The notes beneath the pieces are model-generated. The model saw only the letters and a program-made list of their open reading frames with translations. It made no database searches and was not told the DNA's origin. Of a DNA stretch of 64,000 nt, positions 19,650-29,830 are shown one piece after another; the first letter of the stretch is position 1, and every line of letters starts with the position of its first letter. Origin of the DNA: Phormidesmis sp. (GTDB lineage: Bacteria; Cyanobacteriota; Cyanobacteriia; Leptolyngbyales; Leptolyngbyaceae); NCBI GenBank assembly GCA_965248535.1, contig CBDFJR010000005.1, positions 2,112,001 through 2,176,000 of the forward strand, read 5' to 3'. The position numbers and the translations under genes were made by a program.

Positions 19650-21860
19650 ATGAACATTAAAAAATGGGGAGACTTCAAGCGCTTCTGGTCTTCACAGCGC
19701 GTTTTTGATGGCTTACACCGCAGATTATTTCTGCGTTTGTCAGCGTTAGCGCTAGTGACTTTTTTCTTTGTCAATGCCATTCATTTAGCTACTGCTCAAG
19801 GCGTTATTAAACCCTCACGATCGCAGGTTGTTTTAATTTCACTGGATGGTGCAACGCCCCGAATTATTGATGATTATTTAGCCAGAGGGGTGCTCAATCG
19901 GCGCACTGGGCTGGGCTTGCTGCAAAGTCGCGGCGTGTCTGCCCAACGCAATATCACCTGCAATCCATCTCTGACGGCTGCCTGTCACACTACCCTCAAC
20001 TCTGGGTCTACAGTCGCCCGTCACGATGTTGTTGCCAACAGTTTTCACCTGGTTGCTAGCCCATTTAAGCAAAATGTTAGCGGATTTGCAGCCCCGATCG
20101 GGGGCTATTCAATCAGCACCAGTGGCGCAACCCAAGCCGCCACCCCAACAGCCGAACCGATTTGGCTCAAGCTCAGACAAAACGGCAAAAAAGTAGTCGC
20201 CGCAACCTTTCCCGGAGCCGATGGCGCAGATATCAGACTCTCTAGCGCTGCCGCTAGCCCGATCGTGCAGCCCGCTTCTCTGCGAACTGTCGATTACACT
20301 GTGCCCTTTGGTGGCTTTGCTGGGCTGTCGGCCAAGGGCTTTAGCCTCAGCGCTCAAGACTTCAGCCCCGCCCCGTCTCAGATCACGGCTCAACTCACCG
20401 CCGCCGGAAAAACCTCCTACAGTCCGGTGCTGCAAAAAACAAGTGGGCTAGAACAATTTACCGTCGGTGGCGTAAGCTATGACCTGCAAGTTGCGGCATT
20501 GGATACCAGCAACGATCGTCAAGTTAACTACGACACGCTGGTCTTTTTTGATGCCAAAAACGGGATTCGCGTCGGCGGCAATCTGCCCTCAACAGGTTCG
20601 GCGTTTGTGCAAGCCAAGCGCAAAAAGTCGAGTCTATTTTATCTAGAAGGAAGCTCTAACAAAGCCGGAACTGCTTTCTATGTCAGCAATCTAGCCCCCG
20701 ACTTATCCACGGTTCACCTAGTGCGCTACTCAGCCAACTCGATTCCTCGCAACTCGGCAGTGTTAGCCGACGTAGACGACATTAACCAGAATGTGGGCTT
20801 TTGGGCACCGCAAGCTGATTTTCGGATTCCTCAGCGATCGAGTCCTGGGTTGACCGATTTCTCTGATCTGGAATTAGAAGCCGTTTATGAAGACCAGGTT
20901 CGCACCTTTGTAGACTATCAAACTCGCGTAGCGCTGAGAGCGATCGCCAAAAATCCTGACGCTGACTTGGTGATGATCTACATCGAGCAACCCGACGGAT
21001 CAGAGCACCAGTTTCTCGCCGTTGATTCTCGTCAGGCAACTAACCCCAGCGATGCAGCCACGATCGGGTCGGGGCAAGATGCTGCAAAAATTGACCGTTA
21101 TGAAAGCTATGTGCAAACCGCCTATAAAGTTGCCAACAGCGCAGTTCAAAAGATCATCGATGCCGTAGGAACAACGGGCGGCATTCCTAAACGCAACATC
21201 ATTGTCGTGTCTGACCACGGCTTTTCTCCTTTCCACACCACCGTTAACCTGAATGCGTTTTTGACCCGTAAAGGCTTTGATCCCAACAAAGTGCGGGCGA
21301 TCACCTCTGGCCCGGCGGTCAATGTCTACATCAATCTCCAAGGGCGCGAACCTGATGGCACCGTCAGCCGCAGCGAATATGGTGTCTTACAGCAGCAGCT
21401 AGTCGCAGCCTTGAAAGAATTAGTAGATCCCAACTCAACCTACACCCAACGGGAGAGCAAACGAGTCTTTGACAAGATTTATCCTCGTCCCCGATCGGGT
21501 GATCTCAACGATCCAACCTTTGGCTTAGGCACCGATCAATTTATTGCTCAAGACAGTGGCGATGTTTTTGCAACGCTCAAAGAGGGCTATAACTTCGATG
21601 GCGCTCAAACTCCCTTAGTGCTGCGTCAGGGCGACGATGCCACCGCGAGCGCCGTGTTTTCGGTTCCCAGTTTCTATGGTGCTCATGGCTATGATCCAGA
21701 AAAGCCGAACATGAGCGCCATCTTTTTTGCGGCCGGGCCGGATATCGATCGCAAGACCCTCAAACGAGTTCGCAATATTGATGTAGTGCCCACCATCAAT
21801 CGCTTATTGGGAATTGAGTCGGCCTCAACGGTTCAGGGGTCTGCTTTAAAGCTCAACTAA
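19650..21860 (+). CDS. Secreted alkaline-phosphatase-superfamily nucleotide pyrophosphatase/phosphodiesterase
   Basis: LISLDG, PSLTAACH, QPDGSEH, VSDHGF, GAHGY. Confidence 0.88.
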   Translation: MNIKKWGDFKRFWSSQRVFDGLHRRLFLRLSALALVTFFFVNAIHLATAQGVIKPSRSQVVLISLDGATPRIIDDYLARGVLNRRTGLGLLQSRGVSAQRNITCNPSLTAACHTTLNSGSTVARHDVVANSFHLVASPFKQNVSGFAAPIGGYSISTSGATQAATPTAEPIWLKLRQNGKKVVAATFPGADGADIRLSSAAASPIVQPASLRTVDYTVPFGGFAGLSAKGFSLSAQDFSPAPSQITAQLTAAGKTSYSPVLQKTSGLEQFTVGGVSYDLQVAALDTSNDRQVNYDTLVFFDAKNGIRVGGNLPSTGSAFVQAKRKKSSLFYLEGSSNKAGTAFYVSNLAPDLSTVHLVRYSANSIPRNSAVLADVDDINQNVGFWAPQADFRIPQRSSPGLTDFSDLELEAVYEDQVRTFVDYQTRVALRAIAKNPDADLVMIYIEQPDGSEHQFLAVDSRQATNPSDAATIGSGQDAAKIDRYESYVQTAYKVANSAVQKIIDAVGTTGGIPKRNIIVVSDHGFSPFHTTVNLNAFLTRKGFDPNKVRAITSGPAVNVYINLQGREPDGTVSRSEYGVLQQQLVAALKELVDPNSTYTQRESKRVFDKIYPRPRSGDLNDPTFGLGTDQFIAQDSGDVFATLKEGYNFDGAQTPLVLRQGDDATASAVFSVPSFYGAHGYDPEKPNMSAIFFAAGPDIDRKTLKRVRNIDVVPTINRLLGIESASTVQGSALKLN

Positions 21861-22031
21861 ACAGCGATCGGCAACGAACTGCAAAATTCTGATCCTAAGC
21901 AATGGTTGCAAATTCCCTAACTTAGGATCAGAGGAGGCTCACGATCGCTACTTAGCTTCAGCACAACCCGATGATTTGAGTGTTTCTAAGGGTGCAAGGC
22001 ATCGGATGAAATCTGATATACTCGGAGGGTT

Positions 22032-22104
22032 GCTGGTGTAGCTCAGTTGGTAGAGCAGCTGATTTGTAATCAGCCGGTCGCAAGTTCGAGTCTTGTCACC
22101 AGCT
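22032..22104 (+). tRNA. tRNA-Thr (UGU)
   Basis: Cloverleaf: acceptor GCTGGTG/CACCAGC, anticodon arm GCTGA-TTTGTAA-TCAGC, TTCGA T-loop; no encoded CCA. Confidence 0.97.
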
Positions 22105-22140
22105 TTCAATAAAATCAATCGTTCCCCTTACGGGATAAGC

Positions 22141-22176
22141 AATCCAGGACTCGGTTTCAGCCAGTCTCGGATTTTT
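22141..22176 (+). terminator. Hairpin/terminator after tRNA
   Basis: AATCCAGGACT..AGTCTCGGATTTTT imperfect stem plus T run. Confidence 0.5.
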
Positions 22177-22271
22177 GCGAGGGTTTCAGGTCTTTCTCAA
22201 CGAATCTAGATCGCCCCAAACTCGGTAATTTGGAGGGCGATCTATAAATACTAGGACAGCAAAGGCTTGAT

Positions 22272-23120
22272 TTAGCGAGTTTTATCGACCACAGGACGAC
22301 CCTGCGTATCAACATCTAGCTCTTCTCGGCGAATGCTCTCTTCTGCATGAACGACTTCTTGAGCAACCTCTTTTCTGACCCGCACTTCTTCACGCACAAA
22401 GGCTTCTTTGTGAATGTCTGGAGTTTCTTCATAGACATCGACACGGGCGACCTCACCTGACTGAAACGTGGCTTCGCTAGGGGGCACGATCGCTTGTCCT
22501 ACTCCTGCTGTGCGCTCGACCACCACCCGCTCTTTTTCAATGGGGACAGAGACTTGGGCTGTTTCAGTCTCGACTCGCTTGCCGACGGTGACTTCTCCGG
22601 TTTTTTCGCGGTGTTTGCCTGCCACTAGCCGCTCTTGATAGAGTTTGAGGTAGGCATCTTGAGCCGCAGGCTTGGCTTTGTCCCAGGGTAACCCTGTGGT
22701 GCCGTGAGTCTTGACGTATTCGGTCTCTAGCTCAGGTTCAATTTCTTCAAAGGTTTTGCCGCTATCGCCGTGGCGACCAAAGGCTTCATAGCCCGTTTTA
22801 TATGCGGGCGCATAGTCATCGTAGGTTTTGTTTGACTCAATGTAGGGGCGAGAAACGTGATTGTCGCGCCAGTGCTCATGTTCTCGACTGACATCAATCA
22901 CCTCAGCCGTATTTTTGCCCAGTAAACCACCGCTCACTGCACCGATCGCTGCACCCACCACTGCGCCGACGGGGCCGCCAACTACGCCGCCGATAATCGT
23001 CCCGATCGTGCCTGCACCTGCTGCGCCGATTCCTGTCCCGACGGGGTGAGCACCTGGCTCACCTGTGAGAGGGTCAAGATGCTCGTCGGGTTCGTGTAGA
23101 GTCTTGTTTGGGTCATTCAT
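22272..23120 (-). CDS. YsnF/AvaK (DUF2382) protein with glycine-zipper N-terminus
   Basis: HPVGTGIGAAGAG zipper; LYQERLV..GEVTVGKRVET..EAFVREEV; GGAG RBS before ATG 23120. Confidence 0.85.
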   Translation of the reverse strand: MNDPNKTLHEPDEHLDPLTGEPGAHPVGTGIGAAGAGTIGTIIGGVVGGPVGAVVGAAIGAVSGGLLGKNTAEVIDVSREHEHWRDNHVSRPYIESNKTYDDYAPAYKTGYEAFGRHGDSGKTFEEIEPELETEYVKTHGTTGLPWDKAKPAAQDAYLKLYQERLVAGKHREKTGEVTVGKRVETETAQVSVPIEKERVVVERTAGVGQAIVPPSEATFQSGEVARVDVYEETPDIHKEAFVREEVRVRKEVAQEVVHAEESIRREELDVDTQGRPVVDKTR

Positions 23121-23174
23121 TAGGGTCTCTCCGAGTGATAAAAGGGTTTGAATTGCACAGTCTAAAACGACGCT

Positions 23175-23292
23175 TAAGAGGGTGAATTGAATTAGGATCG
23201 GTAACTGGCAGAGTCTAATGGGCACGGCAGTGCCATGCCCTTACGCCACAGGCCTATATTTAGACCTAGCTAGGCTGGATTCATGAGCCTTA
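23175..23292 (-). mobile_element. MITE-like element, copy 3 (diverged 5' part)
   Basis: GTAAGGGCATGGCACTGCCGTGCCC core plus a 3' arm similar to copies 1 and 2; starts at the BON gene stop. Confidence 0.55.
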
Positions 23293-23802
23293 CTTTGCGC
23301 CTGTTTGTTCTTTGATAGGAATTTTGGTCGAAGGATCTGGTGCTGTGGGTGTTGCCCCGGCACTGACTGATGCCTTGACGATGACGCTCTTAACGCCGCC
23401 GATCTGCTTAGCTAAAGGCTCAATTTTTTGAAGCTGGCCCTCATTGACGACGGTTCCGGCTACCGTGACGGCTCCATCTTTAGAAGAGATTGCTAAAGCA
23501 CTGGCGGGCAGGTTGGCTTCAAGCTTGGATCTGACTTCGCTCTTGAGATCGTTGTCTGATTTGACGCTCTTGTCGCCCATCGCATTGTTGCGCTGCTCAC
23601 TAGAGCGAATATCTGAGTTGAGTTGCTTCCGACGAAGCTCGCTGGTTGCATCGTTTTGGTTGGTTTGAGCAACAGGCTTTTCTAAAGGGGTGTTGGTTTG
23701 AGCGGTTGTGTTGGGGGCTTCACTGCTGGTTTTAGCAGCCCCGCAGCCGGATGCAGTTGCAACCAAGACACTGCCGACGAGTAGAAGAACTAGGTTTTTC
23801 AT
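23290..23802 (-). CDS. BON-domain lipoprotein (OsmY-like)
   Basis: Lipobox ASGC; SDNDLKSEVRSKL..GAVTVAGTV..GVKSV. Confidence 0.85.
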   Translation of the reverse strand: MKNLVLLLVGSVLVATASGCGAAKTSSEAPNTTAQTNTPLEKPVAQTNQNDATSELRRKQLNSDIRSSEQRNNAMGDKSVKSDNDLKSEVRSKLEANLPASALAISSKDGAVTVAGTVVNEGQLQKIEPLAKQIGGVKSVIVKASVSAGATPTAPDPSTKIPIKEQTGAK

Positions 23803-23877
23803 GGGGTTAAATTGCACTTAGCATAGAAGTTGAATGGGGTAGCGGAACCTTTTCAGTCCCGCTCTCTGCGTAATGGA

Positions 23878-24933
23878 TTAGCGGCGATCGCCCAACCCTT
23901 TGTCAGTTTCGACGACGGGATGTCCAGCCGTATTGATGTCGATTTCTTCACGGCGAACGGTTTCTTCGATCGCAACCATTTCTTCGGTCACTTCTTTGCG
24001 AATGCTGACTTCTTCGCGCACAAATGCCTCTTTGTGGATATCAGCTACTTCTTCATAGACATCCATTTTGATCGCTTCGCCCTCTTGGAACGCAACCCCA
24101 GAGGCGACAGTTGCGCCAGCGTTGACGGGTGTGGTGCGTTCAATCACGATGCGCTCTTTCTCGATCGGCACTGAGACTTGAGCCGTTTCGGTTTCGACAT
24201 GCTTCCCGATCGCGACTTCTCCAGTTTTTTCGCGGTCTTTGTCTACCACTAGGCGTTCTTGGTAGAGCTTGATCGATTCATCGTCGCTTGCCGGAACAGG
24301 TGAGGGCATCACGTCTGCTGCCATCACGGGAGCCAGAGGAGCGGTCTCTAGCCGAGATTCAGTAGTGGGAATGTCATAAACGGCCCAATCGCGAATTCCG
24401 CCGTGATTGAGGATGGTTTCAGCCCGTTTGATTTCAGCCTCGGTTCCATCGACAATGACTAGATATCCGCCTTGATCGACACGATCGTGATAAGACTTGG
24501 CTTCTCTCTCAGGAATGCCTAACCCAGCCAGCCCGCCGAGCAGACCGCCTGTAGCAGCCCCGATCGCTCCGCCCGCCGCCGTTGTAGCTAGGGCTGTTGC
24601 GGCTGCACCTGCTAGCATGACCGGGCCAACGCCAGGAATGGCTAGAGTTCCCAATCCCACCAGCAGGCCGGTGAGTCCTCCTAAAGCACCGCCTGAGACA
24701 GCACCAACACTCGCGCCTTCATCTGCCTTGTTGCCAACTTGCTTTTTGACTTCTGCGCCTGCAATTTCCCGATCGCTGTCTGCATCTCGCGCAATCACAG
24801 AGACTTGATTCATGCCAAACCCAGAATCATTGAGAGTATGCAGAGCTTGTTCAGCTTCGCGACGGGTTGAAAACACCCCGACTGCTCGTTTGTTGTGAGT
24901 CCCTACTAGAGTATCTCGTTGATCTAAAACCAT
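23878..24933 (-). CDS. General stress protein (17M/glycine-zipper) fused to DUF2382
   Basis: RAVGVF..AEQAL, IPGVGPV..AG, LGIPE; C-terminal DUF2382; AGGAG RBS. Confidence 0.85.
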   Translation of the reverse strand: MVLDQRDTLVGTHNKRAVGVFSTRREAEQALHTLNDSGFGMNQVSVIARDADSDREIAGAEVKKQVGNKADEGASVGAVSGGALGGLTGLLVGLGTLAIPGVGPVMLAGAAATALATTAAGGAIGAATGGLLGGLAGLGIPEREAKSYHDRVDQGGYLVIVDGTEAEIKRAETILNHGGIRDWAVYDIPTTESRLETAPLAPVMAADVMPSPVPASDDESIKLYQERLVVDKDREKTGEVAIGKHVETETAQVSVPIEKERIVIERTTPVNAGATVASGVAFQEGEAIKMDVYEEVADIHKEAFVREEVSIRKEVTEEMVAIEETVRREEIDINTAGHPVVETDKGLGDRR

Positions 24934-25146
24934 TTTCTTGTTCTCCTGAGTCATTCTTGTTGAGGTGTTCGAGTCGTGAAAGCACTCAAGGCTATGTAGC
25001 CTTATTAACGCTGGTCTGATGAGATGATTCATCAGCACTGAGGTGAATGTGTTCCTCTACCGCAAGGCACATTTAGGGAATTAAAAGCTCTCTAAAGCTG
25101 CAACGGATCATGAAAGGTTGCTCCGATGGTAGTCGCTCTGATTGGT

Positions 25147-25632
25147 TCAAGAGATTTTGGTTTCATCTGTGTCTAAAGCGTCTGCGATTTCTCCAAAAAG
25201 CTCTCTCTTGAATCGAGAAACGTTTTGAGAAAACTCTCGGCGCTGAGTCACCGTGAGCAAATGGCTGTAGATGAACCAGCCTGTGTAGATCACACCGATT
25301 AGCTCAAACAAAGGTGAAAGAACTGGAATGCTAGTGGCGACGCTAAGAATAGCGCTTAGAAACGTCAGAACTAACTTAAATCCAACGATCGCGAGCAGCA
25401 CCCAGCCAATGGCGATAAAAATGGGTTTATAAGGCGTTAAGAACTCAGTTATGTAGCCGATCGGGTCACTAAGAAACGCTGAGATCTGCACGGTTCGCTG
25501 ATAGTCTTCAGGAGACTCAGCCGTAGTGTTGTTAATCACTACCGGATCGCTGAGAGGAACGTCAATGACAGTCGTCGTCTTGACTTCGACAGGAACTGTG
25601 GTTTCTGTGATTTGGGCATTTTCTACAGACAT
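25147..25632 (-). CDS. CAAD (CURT1-like) domain membrane protein
   Basis: IPVLSPLFELIGVIYTGWFIY..RREF. Confidence 0.85.
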   Translation of the reverse strand: MSVENAQITETTVPVEVKTTTVIDVPLSDPVVINNTTAESPEDYQRTVQISAFLSDPIGYITEFLTPYKPIFIAIGWVLLAIVGFKLVLTFLSAILSVATSIPVLSPLFELIGVIYTGWFIYSHLLTVTQRREFSQNVSRFKRELFGEIADALDTDETKIS

Positions 25633-25729
25633 GGGGGCAACTCCTGATGAGAACAATCGTAAAACAATAGGTATTGAACAATAGGTAGGAGAGGACAAAA
25701 GATATATCCTCTCCTAAAGTGGACGGGAG

Positions 25730-28700
25730 TTAGAACAGGGTGCGAACTGCTAGAACTCCAGCGATCGCGGAGGCTGCCAGCGAAGTTAATGCCGTTCCAA
25801 ACAGCCACCATGCTGCATTGGCTGCCATTTTTTGGGTCTCGATCGCTTGTTTCTTAGCCTGATGTTGAGCGGCTTTGATCCTTTTTTTGGCTTCTAGCTG
25901 AATGCGTTCGGCACGGTGCAATACGCCGTCTCGTGTTGCCTCGATTTGGTCAATAATCCGGTTAGCATCGGCTTCAGAAATATCTTTGCGAGAGCTAAGA
26001 ACGGCTACCAAGGTGCCGCGATCGAACTCACTTAGTCGCTCTTTAAGCGCCTCAAAGCCCGCCTGTGGATCATCGAACAACGTGCCGAAATCCTGCTGAA
26101 TGCCTTCATAGCTGAGTTCCGGTCGCTCTAGCGAATCGAGATAGCTGCGAAGTTTGCCAAACACGCGATCGATCGCTGCTTGGAAGGTCTGCTGAACTTT
26201 TTGGATCTGTTCTGTAACGGATTGAACCGTAGAGTTTACTTGGTCAGCAATGCGATTAGCGTCTTCTTCACTGATGTCTTCGCGCTGAGACAGCAGAGCC
26301 ACCAAAGTAGAGCGATCGAAGTGAGAGAGGCGATCGCCAACACTGCTCAACCCTGCTTTAGGATCTTGCAGCAACAATTGCAAATCACGCTTGATGCCGT
26401 CTGGGTTTAGCTCCTCTTTCTGAGTATTTTTCAGATAGCTTTCGAGAGTTGCCTCAAAGTCAACGGCTTTTGTTTGGGCCCGTTTTGCCAGACGGCGCGG
26501 GGCTTTGATGGTATCCCGAATGGCAGTCTCCACCTGATCGATTGTTTGATTAACTTGTTCCTCGGTCAAGGTTCCTGATTGAGTCAGCAGCTTTACCAGA
26601 GTCTCGCGATCGACCTGAGAAAGTCGGTCACGCAAGGCATCGGTTCCGGCTTTGGGGTCATTGAGCAGCGTTTTTAGATCGCGCTGGATGCCGTCTGGAT
26701 CAAGTTCTTTCAGGTCTGTTTTGCGGAGATAATCGGCGATCGCAGTGGTCGTTTGTTCATATTGCTCTTTGGCTTTGCTCGCCACTTGTTGAGGTGCTTG
26801 CAAAACGCTGTCACGAACTGACTCAACTTGATCTAAAACCTGATTAACCTGCTCTTGATTCAGATCTTGACGCTGACTGAGCAACTGCACGAGAGTATCG
26901 CGATCGAACTGCGAAAGACGAGACTTTAGAGCACTGAGTCCGGCTTGAGGGTCATCTAACAAGGTCTTCAAGTCGCGCTGAATGCCATCGGGATTAAGTT
27001 CTTCTTTGTTGGTGTTCCGCAAGTAGGTTTCGACCTTAGTCCGGACTTCTTGGGCCTCAAATTGCAGCCGATCTTGTAGTTCTCTGGCTTCGGAGAGCAC
27101 CCGATCGCGAGTCGATTCGAGTTGCCCCACAATTTGGTTCGCTTCTTCAGGATTCACGTCATCGCGCTGTCCGAGCAGCTTTGCCAGCGTGTCACGGTCA
27201 AACTGACCTAAACGATTTCCCAATGCGTCTAAGCCCGCTTCGGGGTCTTGCAACAGCAGTTTAAACTCATGCCCGATCGCCTCTGGATTCAGTTCCTCTT
27301 TTCCGGTCGATTTTAGATAAGTCTCAACTCGACTGCGAAGATCCTGCGATCGCTCTTCTAGCTCTGCCGTTTGAACCGAGCCAAACACTTCAGCGCGAAT
27401 CTCTTCGAGAAGGTTGGCAGTATCTTGCACTTTTTCAGGCGTGAAGTCTTCTCGCAGAGCCAACACGTCGATAAAATAATCCCGATCGATTAGCTCTAAC
27501 TCCTGACGAATGGCTCCCGGAGCAGCCTGCGGATCGTAGATCACATCTCGGAACTCTTGCTTGATGGTTTCGCGATTCAGTTGCCAAGGCGGTGAGAACA
27601 ACAGATAGTTCTCCAAGTCGGCTTGAATCACACTAAAGGGTTTCCCATTTTTAGAAACCTGCTGACCCAGCTTGTCAGCCTGCCCCTGAACAGTGCCCTT
27701 CAGTTTTTGCAACTGACCAGAAATCTTCTCGACATCCAGATCTGAGAGGTTGGTGCTTTGAATCACTTTGCCGAGCAGGGCACTAAACCCAAACTGCAAA
27801 GCTCTAGTGGTCAAGCTGCTGCCAGAAGAACTCTGTTTAGAAACTCTCTGCACCAACTGATTGAGGTTGTCTGAAAGCTCCTCAGTGTTCAAGTCTTCAG
27901 GAGTTGCAGATTTCAACAAATTTGTCAGTTGTTCGAGAGGATCTTTTCCTTCTTGTTGACCCACTGTTCCTTTCCAGGCACTTTCTAGCTGATCAGCGAC
28001 CCGATCGATGTCCTGTTTTGAGAAGTCAGTGCGACGGCTGACGAGATCGACAAAAGACTGACGATTAATGGTCTTTAAAAAATCACTGTCTGCAACGTCT
28101 TTAAGATCAGAGTCTTTGAGCAAGGTTTCAAACTGACCTTTAATATCCTCTAGATCTAGCTTCGGCAGTTGCAGATTGTTGAGCGAACTCTGGAGTGTTT
28201 TTTGAATTGCGTTGGGGTCAAAGCCAGAGGTTAACTCGCGCCGCACCGCCGCCGTGATCTCTTCGGCCGTTGAAATAACCTGATTTTTGGCGACATTTGC
28301 CCCGATCGCAGCCGTTGCTGTGCCCATTATGCCCTGAATGCCTGACGACGCAGTGTTAATCACAGAGCCAATCAGAGAGCCAACTGCCCCTGAGCCAAGC
28401 CACACTAGCAGCGAAAAATAGGTAGACCAAATCACAACGCCAATGATAGCCCCTAGACCAACGCTGCTGACTAAGCTCAGTTTTACGGCTAGAAAGCTAG
28501 CGGCAAATAGAGCAAGCGTCACAGTTACCAACGCCCAGATACCGATTTTAGATTCGGTTTTGCGAATGGTCGTACCTAAGCTTTCTGATTCGCTATCATC
28601 ATCACTGGATAACGTACCCGGCGTTGCAACAACTGCAACCGATAAATTGGTTAATAGAAATTGAAATGCGAATGCCATCATCACACCAGCCAACAAAGCA

Positions 28701-28828
28701 ATCAAGAATTGCGGGCTGGAAAAAACAAACGATGTCTCCTCGATCGGAACCTGTCCCGATAAGGTTGACGGTGTGTGGGGCAGCAGCGTAAATGCCTCTG
28801 CTAATAGCTTTGCAGTTTGAACTATCAT
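25730..28828 (-). CDS. Large membrane-anchored protein with ~100-aa helical repeats
   Basis: N- and C-terminal TM segments; repeated YL.NT.KEELNPDGI.RDL..LL.DP.AG...RLSQFDR.TLV.LL. Confidence 0.85.
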   Translation of the reverse strand: MIVQTAKLLAEAFTLLPHTPSTLSGQVPIEETSFVFSSPQFLIALLAGVMMAFAFQFLLTNLSVAVVATPGTLSSDDDSESESLGTTIRKTESKIGIWALVTVTLALFAASFLAVKLSLVSSVGLGAIIGVVIWSTYFSLLVWLGSGAVGSLIGSVINTASSGIQGIMGTATAAIGANVAKNQVISTAEEITAAVRRELTSGFDPNAIQKTLQSSLNNLQLPKLDLEDIKGQFETLLKDSDLKDVADSDFLKTINRQSFVDLVSRRTDFSKQDIDRVADQLESAWKGTVGQQEGKDPLEQLTNLLKSATPEDLNTEELSDNLNQLVQRVSKQSSSGSSLTTRALQFGFSALLGKVIQSTNLSDLDVEKISGQLQKLKGTVQGQADKLGQQVSKNGKPFSVIQADLENYLLFSPPWQLNRETIKQEFRDVIYDPQAAPGAIRQELELIDRDYFIDVLALREDFTPEKVQDTANLLEEIRAEVFGSVQTAELEERSQDLRSRVETYLKSTGKEELNPEAIGHEFKLLLQDPEAGLDALGNRLGQFDRDTLAKLLGQRDDVNPEEANQIVGQLESTRDRVLSEARELQDRLQFEAQEVRTKVETYLRNTNKEELNPDGIQRDLKTLLDDPQAGLSALKSRLSQFDRDTLVQLLSQRQDLNQEQVNQVLDQVESVRDSVLQAPQQVASKAKEQYEQTTTAIADYLRKTDLKELDPDGIQRDLKTLLNDPKAGTDALRDRLSQVDRETLVKLLTQSGTLTEEQVNQTIDQVETAIRDTIKAPRRLAKRAQTKAVDFEATLESYLKNTQKEELNPDGIKRDLQLLLQDPKAGLSSVGDRLSHFDRSTLVALLSQREDISEEDANRIADQVNSTVQSVTEQIQKVQQTFQAAIDRVFGKLRSYLDSLERPELSYEGIQQDFGTLFDDPQAGFEALKERLSEFDRGTLVAVLSSRKDISEADANRIIDQIEATRDGVLHRAERIQLEAKKRIKAAQHQAKKQAIETQKMAANAAWWLFGTALTSLAASAIAGVLAVRTLF

Positions 28829-28943
28829 AATTTTCTCGCCTGAGATGAGTTGAATATCGCTACGGGTTGCCCACCTGGAATTGACAGCGCGATCGCACCC
28901 GTAGACTAAAAGCCTGTAAACGTTTTAACCAACCGAGGAAACG

Positions 28944-29153
28944 TTAGTTTTTCTGATAATCTGCGTCAGTCCAGCATTTTGGCAGGGCTTCGCCCGATGG
29001 AAAGATCAAATTCTCTTTTGCAATAGGGGCCGGATCTTGTTCTTCTTCACCCGCTTGGGCTTGCGCTGTGATCTCACCCTGACTCGGATTCACCAAGGTT
29101 TTGACATCTAAAACTTCTACCAGATTGCCTGTCTCTTTGTCCTGCAAAAGCAT
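28944..29153 (-). CDS. Small conserved protein
   Basis: QAGEEEQDP..LIFPSGEALPKCW; GAGGAG RBS. Confidence 0.75.
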   Translation of the reverse strand: MLLQDKETGNLVEVLDVKTLVNPSQGEITAQAQAGEEEQDPAPIAKENLIFPSGEALPKCWTDADYQKN

Positions 29154-29249
29154 TGTGGTCTCCTCTGTTTTGTTTAGAACTGGTTAAAAGAAGTCAGAAA
29201 CTTCCTAATCAACGGGGAATTCCTGACTTCTGTTCAGCGATCGTGCGGT

Positions 29250-29759
29250 TTATCTATGACCCATCCACTTAGCCGCGATCGCTCCCAAAGCTGCCCCGAC
29301 CATCGGGTTGCTGAGAAACTTCACCATCGCAGGCTGATCGGCTAAGACCTCATGAAAAATATCAGGGTGATTGTGGTAAGCAAAGCCCGCCAACTTGCTC
29401 ACATCATCAGCACTCATGCGGCTGGGGTGATGAGTAGATAAACCCAACTGATGCTCTAGGTCTTTGTCCTGCAAGCCCCGCTTTTTGAGATGATTGATGA
29501 AGTCGCGTGCAACATCTTCGCGCTCTTGAGGCTTGATTTGCGCGATCGCGTGCTGCAATTCTGGCTCCATTTGGCTCGACGGGATGCGATCGGGGTGAAG
29601 CGATTTGCTAAACAGTTGATGACGCTGATCGCGAGAAGACCGTTGAGCAAAATCATCAAAGTTTTGATAATCTACCGGGTCAACATCGTCGAGGGTTTCT
29701 TTGCTGCCGCCTGCCAAATCTTTCATCACTTGGCGTTTGTAATCTTCACTGCTAGGCAT
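29250..29759 (-). CDS. Hypothetical conserved protein
   Basis: 169-aa ORF with AGGAG RBS, in an operon-like run. Confidence 0.75.
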   Translation of the reverse strand: MPSSEDYKRQVMKDLAGGSKETLDDVDPVDYQNFDDFAQRSSRDQRHQLFSKSLHPDRIPSSQMEPELQHAIAQIKPQEREDVARDFINHLKKRGLQDKDLEHQLGLSTHHPSRMSADDVSKLAGFAYHNHPDIFHEVLADQPAMVKFLSNPMVGAALGAIAAKWMGHR

Positions 29760-29830
29760 TTTATGAGTCTCCTAATTCAAAAATTTGGGCGTTCAATTAG
29801 CTGTTTGCTAACTGGATTATTAGCTGTTTG

